In this document: one piece after another, positions 45,937-56,577 of the stretch
Numbering within the stretch: position 1 is the first letter of the stretch
Layout: every line of letters starts with the position of its first letter
Made by a program: the position numbers and the translations under genes
Assembly: GCF_038025025.1 (NCBI RefSeq)
Contig: NW_027117339.1
Location: forward strand, 1,984,001-2,048,000
DNA: 64,000 nucleotides
Direction: 5' to 3'
Source of the DNA: Phyllosticta citribraziliensis
Lineage: Eukaryota
Notes under the pieces: model-generated
What the model was told of the DNA's origin: nothing
Databases searched by the model: none
What the model saw: the letters and a program-made list of their open reading frames with translations, nothing else

Positions 45937-48412
45937 ATGTTGACCCCGAATTTTCCCAAGCATTCGGCCGCCGCGACGCCACCGCAGTCCGGCTCGAATC
46001 ACTTTCACCAAAACCAGCAGCTCAGCGCTTTTTCACCTCCCGCCGCCGCTCGCAGCGTACCTTCACCAGCCGCCCAGCGCTCCGTCCACCACGCTGCAAA
46101 GTCGCCCTTCAACAACTCCTTCTCCGCCGCCCAAATGGCGCACAATCACCCCACCGTCAGCTCTGCCAGCGGCTCCAAGACTCTGATCGGGAGCTCGCCC
46201 GCTGGCGGTGGCCTCAACCTCGACTCCCCAGGCGCATTGAATCTCGGTTTGGGCGCGCTAGGCGGCCTCGAAGGCGGCGTGGGCATGGGCATCAGCATGA
46301 GTGGCATGAGCGGGTTGGGGCTCGGCATGGGGCTGGGTAGCTCCATGGGCGGTCGGCCAGACGACACGGAGCAGCGCAAGCGCCTGGAGAACATCATTGC
46401 AACGCTCAAGACACGTCCTGGGCGCGTCAGCAAGGAAGGCGTTGAGCGCCTGGCCAAGCAGGTCGGCATGAGCAGCGAGGTGCTGTCGGACGCAGCAGGA
46501 GAGCAGTTGTTGCTGGCCCATACGAGTATAATGCTGGACGTCACATTCCGCGACGATCTAGTCCACAACGTCAGCGTTTCGTTTGGCGCGCTGTCCGAAG
46601 CGGTGCAAAAGCACGAGAAGTCCGCGGCGCGAACCTTGAAAGAGGATCTCATGCCCGAAGCTGGACTGCCCAGCATCAACCTCTCGTTGGACAGGTTCTC
46701 CAAGAACTTGGAACGACTTGCGAGACATGATACCCTAAGCATTTTCAAGGAGGGAAAGCCGGAGGTCAGCTGCTTTGAAGCTATCAATGGCGTATACACC
46801 AGCCTACAAAGGCTATTTGAGCATGAGAAGAAGGCGGCTCTTCACTTGCTGGATGTTTCTAAGCCAAACGCAAGAGAGCGCGCCGCCCGCCAGGTGCTGT
46901 GCAAGAAGAGTGGCAGGCCGAGAATGAACACGAACAAGCATGTCGGACTTTCGTTAGAGTACTGGATGGAGAAGAGATGCGTCTTTGGCCGACCGGAAAG
47001 GACGGCCAACGGGGCCATTGGCTCTCCCATGGACGTGGACGATGACGGTTCGTTCGATGAGTCTCAGAACAAGATATACTCCCTCACGCTTGAATGTGAA
47101 TCTTCACCCGCACAACTCTACCCTTCCATCCGCGTCAGCGACCAGTGGATTTCAGAATCAGTGGAGAAACCCTCAGACCCTAACGACCTATTCGCATCAC
47201 CTGTAATCGACTGGCTTGAACCATCTCCAACATATTCGGGGGCCGCCGACTCGCAGAACGATCCAATGGTGCTGGATGGTAACAGCTTGGGCAAGGTTCC
47301 TGACGTCCGCTTCGTCGCCAAGTTGAATCCACCTCTGGCGCTTCCATTGAACGTTGCCCAAAACATTCTGGCATCCGTAAATGTGCAGCTCAACCAAGAA
47401 TCAACAAAATGGTCGACATCACTGGAATCGCTGGTAATGAGACCCGACGAGGAGATGAGCCACAATGCGCTTGCTGCAGATTTCAATAGAACCAAGGAGT
47501 TCACAAGCTCCCGAAGCGTGCTGGTGGTGGACGAAGAAGGCAAGGAGCAGGACCGGATACATTGGACGACGCTGTTTGCCAACAAGGCCGAGGTCGCTTG
47601 CATTTTGGAGGAAATACCCTTTCACCATCCGCGGCAGCTAGTTCAACTACTTCCAGTAAGTTAAGCAGCCATTGAGGATTTGGATTTCGTCAGATTAACA
47701 ATCATTCCCTTAGGTTCTCCGCCAGTACGCCCACCTCAGCACCCTCCTCCAATCCGCTTTTCAAGACCCTGTGCCGTCGATATCCAAGGATCTGTCTTCC
47801 GCTCTGCCGATTCTCCCTTTGAATATCTCTCTCAACAGCCAACTCGATCCCTCAGGGGCGCCCTCTCCCACTCTCTATATCAGCTATCCACGCCATCTCT
47901 CTGCATCTCAGACATCATTCAGCTCGACGCCGGCACTTCAAGCAACGAACGGAAACCCGAACGCTGTCAATTCTCTCGATGCCCTCTTTGCCGACGCCGA
48001 CTTGAAAGCCATGGCTTCCGTCGACCTCAATGCAATGGATCTGGACGTGAGCCCTGGAGGCGATGCAGGAAAAGGCGCCGATCCGCCCGCCGTGTTGCTC
48101 GCAGCATCCATTCTCCCCAATGCAGACGTCACCATCGCTGCCCAAGACTTGCTTCCGGATGCTGTCATCGCTTCTGAGGCGGGCAGTGACAGAAAGGCAG
48201 CCTCTGCGGGCGGCAGTGGAGTCAAGAGGGAGGACCACGGTGCGGCTGGAGTAAAGAGCGAGAAGGAGAGGCACGAGGAACAGAGTCGCAAGTTTCGTGT
48301 CTTGGGGAGGTGGGGAAAGGCGCTAGAGTTGGCGGGGGACGTGGGCGTGTGGGTTGAGTGGGTTAAAAAGATTGCTGGACCGACGGAGGGCGCGGACCGG
48401 ACGCAGGAGTAG
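45937..48412 (+). CDS. MED1: Mediator subunit Med1
   Basis: Intron 47656-47713. Fungal Med1-type blocks GRVSKEGVERLA, FSKNLERLARHD, CFEAINGVYTSL, GRPRMN...GLSLEYW and IPFHHPRQLVQLLPVLRQYA. Confidence 0.85.
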
Positions 48413-48667
48413 GTTTTCGCTGTGCATGACGAGAAGAGGCCCTACAGAGAGCGGGAACCACTCGAAGGAAGTCGTTCGAGAACCCAAAAAGGTGAAGGCC
48501 AAGGGGAAATGGAGCAGGATACCCATTTAGAGCATTTCGAGACAGATGCAAGTTCTATGCATTTTTCCAGTCGTGAGACGCGTCTACGCATGCTTTCTGA
48601 GGAGAGATCCTGAATCGTACATTTCCGTCTTCCTGGCTTGCTCCCAGTCCGTTCAACACGTACCTGC

Positions 48668-49349
48668 CTAACCTCTTCTTCTTGCCGGCTTGGGGGCCCA
48701 AGATTCCGGCTCCCACTCTTGCGCCGGCTTCAAGTTGTCCCATGGCGACGGCTCCTTGACCTTCTTGAGTTTTTCATTTCCTCGCCTTTGCCTTGGTTGG
48801 CTCTGGGTCTGTTCTTCAGGCGGCTGTTGAGGTGCTCCGGCAGTTTGACGCCCGTCTGGTTCTGTCGCTTGTTGTTCCTGTTGCGCTTGTTTGGCCAAGG
48901 GATCGTGAGGCTGGAACGCCATGACGGGTTGGTCGCGCGGCAGAGGATCAAGGGCACTAGGCTTCGCAGCCCAGCGTTCATCGGCCTGTGCAGCGAGCTG
49001 CTTCATGCGAAGTTGCCTCGACTGTTCCATGCGCTGCTCAGGGAGGGTGGGAGCATCGCGGCGCGCGTGGCGGAGCCATTGCATCCAGACGGGCGGCACC
49101 TGGACGTCGCTCAAGTGCGTCTTGCCGGTGTACTGGACGATGCGCCGCCATCGCTGCGTGTTGTGGGCATCCTTGAATTCCCAAAATGTGTTGCCGGCCA
49201 AGTCGAACCCTGTGCGCAACTCGTCAGCTCACGTCCGTCCAGTAGACATGACGGGGTCGTTGCTTGCCTCGCAGGACCTTCTTACGCCATGGCAGGTCGA
49301 GGGCCTTCCATTTGTACCACCATTGCTTGGTCAGGCCCGGTTGAGGCAT
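48668..49349 (-). CDS. NDUFA12-family protein, NDUFAF2/B17.2L-like complex I assembly factor
   Basis: Exon 1 MPQPGLTKQWWYKWKALDLPWRKKVLR; intron 49210-49267; then GFDLAGNTFWEF...RRIVQY...VPPVWMQWLRHAR...PTLPEQ...WEPESWAP. Confidence 0.85.
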
Positions 49350-49672
49350 GGCGGGTGCATTGCGGAGGAGGGAGCAGAAGCACGGGCGGCGGCTCTCTCT
49401 GATGGTTGACGCAGTAATGAAGAATTCCCAGCCCTTGACTGGCCGAGCTCGAGCAATGCCTGATGACGAAATTTGTTGTTGCCGCCTCGACCCCGGGGTC
49501 CGCGCTGCGCACCGGCAACCGTCCCAAATGCCCTGCGGCTAGCGGCCCGGCGTTGGCCCCAGCCACGATCTCCGCCTGCTCATCAATCTACACCCCTCTC
49601 CTATAATTCTATCCATCCTCCTAAGCGTCCTTTCTCTCCTTCTCCCGACTCCTCTCTCTTTTTGCCTTCACC

Positions 49673-51763
49673 ATGGCGTCCGTCACGAGTTTGGATCAAG
49701 ACATGAAGCGACTGCGCTTGGGAAAGGCCAACCCACAGGCCAGCAATGAGGCGCGCGCATGGATAGAGAGCACCTTGGGTCAAAAGCTGCCGCCTGGAGA
49801 CCTCATGGACGCTCTGAAGGACGGCACTGCTCTTTGCCAGTACGTTTTTCTTCCTCTACTTTCAACCCGTCCACCCTCCATCGCCCTCGCTGTTACCGTC
49901 GTCATGACTTTTACAATGCGCCGACAACCGGATAAGCTGACATTGGAGCCTTCAGACTCGCCAACCTCGCCCTACCACCGCCGGGAATCAAGTTCAAAAA
50001 GTCGGCCATGCCTTTTATGCAAATGGAAAACATATCGCATTTCCTGCGCGCGTCCGAGCAGCCGCCGTTCAACCTCCATGCGCACGACCGCTTCCTCACC
50101 GTCGATCTCTACGAAAAGAAGGATCCCGCGCAAGTGTTGCAATGCATCGGAGCCTTCAGCCGAGTCGCCCACGCTGCGAACCCTTCCAAATTCCCCACAT
50201 GCATCGGTCCCAAAAAGAACGGCATGAGTCCCGCAACCACCGGAAATGGCGGTCTGGCAGCCGGCGGATACTCTTCGAGCGGCTTTGGGCGGAACCGTGG
50301 CCTTAGTAACGTCAGCACCGGAAGCTCGTCAACTACGCCGGGTATCAGGGCTGCGCCAATGAAGCCTTTGAGTCCGTCCGTCACCGGCGGTTCGGCTTCG
50401 TCGAGCAACGGCAACAAGAGCCCAGGCCCGGTCAGTACATGGAGCAAGCGTAGCGACCAGGGAGTCACAGCACCGGCGTGGAACATTGCGCAATACGGTG
50501 AGTAGCCGTCAAAATCATGTGTTCAAGATGTTAATGACAGTAGGGTATATGGGCGGTGCGAATCAAGGAAGCCAAGGCATCGCGTTTGGTGCTCGACGGC
50601 AAATCACCTCAGCAGCACCCCGCGTCCCGAACTTGGCAGAAAAAGAGCGCAAGCGCAAGGAGCAGGAAGCGGAAGCTGAGCGACTACGCCTCCAAGCAGA
50701 GGAAGCAGAAAGCAAGAGACGGGTCGAGCGGGAAGCAGAGGAAGAGCAAGCCAGGATCGAGGAAGAACGGAGATGGGAAGAAGAGACTCGCAGGCGGCGC
50801 GAAGATGAAAAGCGCAAAGTGGAGCAGCAGAAACGTGAATGGGAGGACCAGGAGCGGAGATGGAAAGAGGAGGACGAAAGAAAGATGCGCGAAGAGAAGG
50901 AGGCTCAAGAAAAGCTCGAAAACGAAACATTGCGTCCCAAGGATTCGAGCAACTCAGCGCTTAAAGGACAATTCTTGAGCGATTACCAGGCCCAGCAAGG
51001 ATTCAAACCACGCAGCCGTCAAGTCAGCCGCAACGACCCCGAACTCGAAGCCGAACGCATGCGGGTGGCAGATTTGGAACGCCAACTCGCCGAAGCAAAA
51101 GAACGCGAACGCCAATACCAGCGTGAGAGAGAAGGACGCGCGCGCCCTGACAGCAGTGCTGCTGCAGCCGCACCAGCACGGCCACCCTCTCCTCCCGATA
51201 GCAACGTCTCCTGGGCCGGCGACGAGCGAGAATACCTCCGTCAACAGTGGCAGCATAATCAACAGAGCACCAGCCGGCCACTTCCGAATCCCGGCGCGGC
51301 GCCGTCCCTTCCCTCGCGTCCACTGCCTGCGCAGCCTCCAGCTGCAACAGCAGCTTCACCTCCAACATCACCTCGTCCCCTTCCAAACCCCCCGTCCATC
51401 GCCTCCCCCAAGTCTCCCGCCTCTATTCGCTCCATGCCTCTGTCACCTGTTCCCAAGCAATCCCCCAGTAGTATCCACACTTCCCCGTCCCAGGCACAAC
51501 AAAAGAAGGCTGGCAGCGGATGGGCTCCCAAGTCACTTCTCGAACGCGAAATGGAGCGCGAGCGTGAACGGCAACGTGAATGGGAGGAAGGACAAAAGCG
51601 TGTCCAAAGCGCGGCGCGCAACGTCAGCGAGGGTAGCGGACCCGGTCAAAGCTGGGACGTGCATCAGTATGGGTATGTGGGTGGGGACAGTCAAAACAAA
51701 GTCAGCTCGGGCATCGGTTTCGGCGGCCGGCGGCAGATTATTGGTCCTAGGCCTCCGCCTTAG
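49673..51763 (+). CDS. Calponin/transgelin-like actin-binding protein (CH domain, two calponin-like repeats, charged coiled coil, Pro-rich region)
   Basis: Introns 49840-49955 and 50498-50543. MASVTSLDQDM..., LKDGTALC, MPFMQMENISHFL and FLTVDLYEKKDPAQVLQC. Confidence 0.88.
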
Positions 51764-51963
51764 ACGACATGTACCTCCCATTCCTATGCCCTTGCCTGCT
51801 GTAGCTAGACATTAGCTAGCTGTGCGGGTTGAGGGCGAGGGCGCGGCGGACGGTGCGGCGCCGTGTTGTGCATCAAGCATGCACGCGCAATGAACGAGAC
51901 GAACAAGCCGCCAGTCCCGGGGAACATTTGGACAAGAGCCAATGCAATGAAAGCAAGGCCGCC

Positions 51964-52677
51964 ATGATGGAGATGTATCTTTCTTTTTTCTCTCATTTCA
52001 TCCATCTCCTTGAAACGCAAATAATCTTCGTCGGCCGGCCAGAAGCGGAGCAGAAGGATGAGAGGAGAGCGAGACGAAACCCCGTCGAGTGCGTTGTGGC
52101 TAATGAGATTTTTGCGTTTTCGCCTTGCTGCAGGACTCCCTTTCCACCTTCCGTTGCGGTCGATTTCTCTGCTTCTTCTGCGTCTGTTTCTCCTTCTCCC
52201 GCTGCTGCTACCCCTGGCAAGTTACCACCACAACCACCTCTTCAACACTGCGAGGACGACTTCGACTCTAGAGACCTCTCCTCCCCCTCCCTATCCGGCA
52301 AAGAACGACAATACCCCCTCGGCGCCGTCGCCCTCGCACCCACATCCGTTACCACACCGTCGACGCCCGCCACGCCGAACACGCCCGCCTCGGGCTCCAC
52401 TGCCTCCGACGACGACGCCGCCGCCGGCTCCTCGTACTGGGATGCCATCGACCCAGACAACGACGAAGACGACGTCCTCGACGAGTACGAGTATTGCAAC
52501 ACGACCGTGTCCGAACTCGACCTCAACGACACGGGCGGCGTGGACTACGAGGAAGATGACGACGCCGGCTGGTGGGACCAGCTGGCCGATGACGACGAGT
52601 ACTGGCGTGACTCGACGCCTGCGCCTGCGGCTGCGGTTGATGTGGGGGCTGGGCTCGAGGTGCGTTGTAGTGCTTAG
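51964..52677 (+). CDS. Hypothetical acidic, Trp/Tyr-studded orphan protein
   Basis: Open frame with strong third-position C bias over about 52250-52620 (GAC/GAG/TAC/ACC), unlike its flanks. Start uncertain. Confidence 0.45.
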   Translation: MMEMYLSFFSHFIHLLETQIIFVGRPEAEQKDERRARRNPVECVVANEIFAFSPCCRTPFPPSVAVDFSASSASVSPSPAAATPGKLPPQPPLQHCEDDFDSRDLSSPSLSGKERQYPLGAVALAPTSVTTPSTPATPNTPASGSTASDDDAAAGSSYWDAIDPDNDEDDVLDEYEYCNTTVSELDLNDTGGVDYEEDDDAGWWDQLADDDEYWRDSTPAPAAAVDVGAGLEVRCSA

Positions 52678-53210
52678 CAAGGGGCTTCTTCAGGTGCATT
52701 CGCTTTTATTTGGTTAGTGTGGGTAATGTCAAGAGCATAGCGCAGGGCTGGGGGGACGGTAATCACTCTTTAATGGATGGAAAAAGGCGACGGACGGGCG
52801 GGCAGTCGTTTCAAAAAAGAAGTACCAGGAGGTTCCTGAAAGGGGTATTTGCTTTTTTTGGGCAGAATTCTCCATCTCAGTGTAATTTTTTCTCTCTCTT
52901 TTGGTTCGTGTATGGACTTGGTTTGGCCTTTTTCTTTGGGCATTGGTTCGTTGGTATTTGGTGGGTTTGGAGGATGATTGTCTTGGTGCGCGCATGCATT
53001 TGAGCTGTGTTCTCTTCGGGGTTTCCTTTTTATCGTCTAGTCGATCGCTCACTGCTGCATTGACATCTGGCGAAAATAAGACGAAGAAAGTCGTCGCAGT
53101 CATCGTGGTGGTAGTACTCCTCGAGGTGGCGGCGGAGGCGTGAATCAATACTTGCAGTCAGAGTCGAGGATTCAGGGTCAGTTGTTTGGTGCAAAGAAAG
53201 ATTGCATATG

Positions 53211-53252
53211 TGCGGCATGCATCGGAATAGAGTGAGAGAAGGGGAGAGCATC
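53211..53252 (+). repeat. Direct repeat copy 1 (28-bp perfect core TGCGGCATGCATCGGAATAGAGTGAGAG)
   Basis: Identical core at 54806-54833; both copies continue to ...GAGAGCATC. Confidence 0.92.
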
Positions 53253-53738
53253 AGATAAAAAGGCGGCTTTGGGAAGGACTTTTTTGTCTCATTGTTGGTT
53301 GGCATTTGTGTTTTCAGGCTACCTCTATCGTTGCTGTTCATTGATTCCACAATGCATGCTTTGTTGTGGTTTGCTCCCGTTTGCACGAAATTTCTGAATG
53401 CCTTTCACCAGCCTATTCTGTAAAACAAAGCGAGCAGAGATGTTTCTTGCTTGTAAGTATTGGCTTGATTTTGGAATCGAGAAGAGAGCGCTCCTAGCAG
53501 CGGTGCTCCCTTTCTCCAGGTATTTTGAGACTGTTTGCTGTTCCAGGATCGACTAACGCGCACGAGTTCCATATCGCAGCAGTTTGGTGGGACCCTTAGT
53601 CGCTTGAATGCAAGCAAGTTCTGTCGTCGCCGCATATGTATCGGGCCAGATCAAGTCCCTGTTGACTCTTGCTCTCCCCATTGCTCTCCCCATCCATATT
53701 TTCACCGAGGCTTCCGAAGAGCCGCACATTGTTCTATC

Positions 53739-54134
53739 ATGTGCTGCGACTGCACTTGCTCTGGCCCGGATCATGTTCGTCTCGACGATCAGGCAGACTG
53801 GCCCAAGTGGTTCTTTGTCATTCGTACCTTTGCCCAAGGAAGAGACGTCTGGCATCTTTGCGACCCAAATATTCCAGCAAGACCTCTTGGGATGGAGAGG
53901 CCCATCAAGTCTGACGTAGAATATTCTCTTGTCGAATACCGAACATACAAGGCCATACAGGACGCCAACAACATGGCGGACTACCACGAGGAGAGGGCAG
54001 CTCTGGCAAGTGTGACGATGAAGATCATCGAGTCTATCCATCCGTCAGACCTCCTCCTGTCGCTGGAAAGGGTTGAACCTCATCTCTGGGAATATCTTCG
54101 CATCTTGAGAAAGATTTTGGAAACCCCAGCTTGA
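53739..54134 (+). mobile_element. Stand-alone Ty1/copia Gag N-terminal-like ORF (131 aa); relic or domesticated
   Basis: LDDQADWPKWFFVIRTFAQGRDVWHLCDP...ALASVTMKIIESI...WEYLRILRK resembles the fungal copia Gag pattern (W..W...I...A....VW..C.P). No pol motifs seen nearby. Confidence 0.6.
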
Positions 54135-54805
54135 CGCCTTAGCTTGAGGTAAGTCCTAGACTTGCAGTCAATTGACATCGGCGCTTTTGAATTGTTCTTT
54201 TCGATTTGCGCGGTGGGAAAAATTGGGTGATTGGTCATCTGGCTTGGCGAGGATTCAAGATCTCGTGCTTCGCATATTGGGACTGAAGGGTGACATGTCA
54301 ATGGCCCAAGAGGGCAAAGGAGTTGTACTGGAATGGAGATTTGCACACGAATACACCTCATGAGACAGTGAATTTGATTTTGTCTCATCGAATTGGCAAT
54401 CAGTTAGGAAAGACTTGAATATCGTGAAAGTTCTTGATGAGAGTGGTTGCCACACATGGTCTCGTGGAAGGATTGCTGTGAGTCCATGACAATTGTGCTC
54501 CTCTTAACAAGTGTTTCGAAAATGCTGGCTTGCTGCCCTGCCAAGCTGTAAGTGTCTGCCTGGCCCAACTTCCCAAGATGGCTGATCTGTTTGCCTGTTC
54601 GATGTGTGCGCTTGCTCATATGCTCTCTTATTTTCCACACGGCAGGTCTACCCACAGCTTTGAAGTTGAGTTGGCTGATTTTATCGACCTTTCGGATAAG
54701 CCCGATGGGGACGGAAAAGTACATTTTGCGACTACGCGAAATGCGAGGAGAAAACGATAAGAAAAGTTTCCGGCTAGATGATGGGGGCTTAGAGCGGCGA
54801 ATGCA

Positions 54806-54845
54806 TGCGGCATGCATCGGAATAGAGTGAGAGGGAGAGAGCATC
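54806..54845 (+). repeat. Direct repeat copy 2
   Basis: Matches 53211-53252. Confidence 0.92.
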
Positions 54846-55281
54846 TTGGGAAGTGTCTACTGTGTCAGCGATCCACACCGTAGACCCGGCATGGAAGCTG
54901 CCAACGTTGTGTGCATGATGATGTCTAGGATACTCGGCCAGCGCCGGTCGACGCCTGTACTAAGGACTTGGTAACAGCGCGCCACTGTGGCAAACCCCAG
55001 CAGGTATTCCACTTTGAATACCACCTTCCAAGTCCACCCTTCTAGTGTGTACGTCACCTCGCTGAGACTTTGTCCAATGGAAGCGATTATCGCAGTTGGC
55101 TGACAACCTGGGTCTAGCCCACACAATAGAGTAAAGGATGGAGAATCAAAAAATTGATGTGTGTCAGAGAATATAAATATGTATGTTGCAGTGGGTGCAC
55201 AACAGCTATCCATAAACAGTTCAATCTCAACCACCTCTCTCTTTTTCCCGAACGACCAAACGAGCTCATACTACGGTCACA

Positions 55282-55737
55282 ATGAAGGTCCTGTCTCCAA
55301 TTGCTGCAATGGTGGCCGTCTGTTCTGCCATTGCAATCAACAAGGAAACGGGGAAAATTACCATCGAGGCGCGGGAGCCCGGGGACCTCTGTTCCTCAGG
55401 GACCGCGCTTTGCTGCCAGCTAGATGCTATAGGTATGCCGACGCTTGGAAAGGGGACAGAATCCAGTCAATGACAATTGCACAGGTGTGGCAGACGCTAC
55501 TTGCGTCACCCGTAAGATATCTTGTTCCTCATACCAAGGATCGAAAACTGATCACACTCGAAAAAAGCTTCTGCAACTCTTACGAACGTCACCGAGTTCC
55601 AAGAGTATTGTGCAGACAATGGCAGGACTGCGGAGTGCTGCACTGTCTCTGTGGTATGTCAAGCCCCTCTTTCCCTAGAATCGGGCTAAAAAGTGAGGCA
55701 GGGTATTGCCGGCCTTTTGTGCACACCAGCAACCTAG
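55282..55737 (+). CDS. Class II hydrophobin (99 aa, secreted)
   Basis: Exons 55282-55432, 55485-55511, 55568-55653 and 55702-55737, all GT-AG. Signal peptide, then C-x6-CC-x11-C-x16-C-x8-CC-x10-C. TATAAAT at about 55172. Confidence 0.9.
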
Positions 55738-56577
55738 GGGGACAAACCAGAGTCGAACAGCTAGTAAAGCGTCGGAGAACACACCACGGGGCCCAGGAAG
55801 AAATTGTCAAGACTGGGACGCGCACACAAATTGAGCATAAGGGAAAAAGTCTTGTTTGTACTCGACACTTTCTCACGAGCTGAGGGGTGCCATGAATTCG
55901 AAAATGTCACTTGCCTACATCCTAGTTCCCCTATGCCCGAGGTCGCGAGCCGAGGGGTTTTAAGTGAATTCTGAAAATATGGCTTGAGCAATGATAGGCG
56001 TAGCTCCATGCACGGAGAACAGCGGTGCTCCCGAAGTGGCCAGCTCTAGACGAGTCGCTTCAAGGTACAGCGACCAATGGCGATGAGAAGACAGGCCCAT
56101 AAAGGACCAGGCCTCCAACCTCGAGAGCAAGCTACTCCCCGCGTGGCAAAACCGGTTTTCAAATCAACCGTGCTTTTGAAGCAGGCGAGTATTCCCGGAG
56201 CCTTAACACAACGAGGTCGAATTTGATGTTGGCGAACAAATGCCGAACCTATTTCGGTTGAGCCAATCGAGGTCGTTGATCTGCTTCGGGGAGGATACCA
56301 TGCAGGGAAGCGCAACCGCCACAAGTGCCTTGATTTGCCAGGATCTAAGCATGGGTCGGCGTGGCAAACATCCAGGAAAGACCCCCGAATGGACGAAACA
56401 ATGACAGAATCAAAGGAGAAATTCGGCTCTTACCAGCTGTATCCACGCTGCAAGAACAACACGTCGATCGGGATAGACGCAGTGATTTCGTCCGGAATCC
56501 TACCAAGCGCACTCGATGTACTCGATAGTCGACATCAACCTTTGCTGAATCTAGTTTGAGCTTGCCCGACACAAGAA

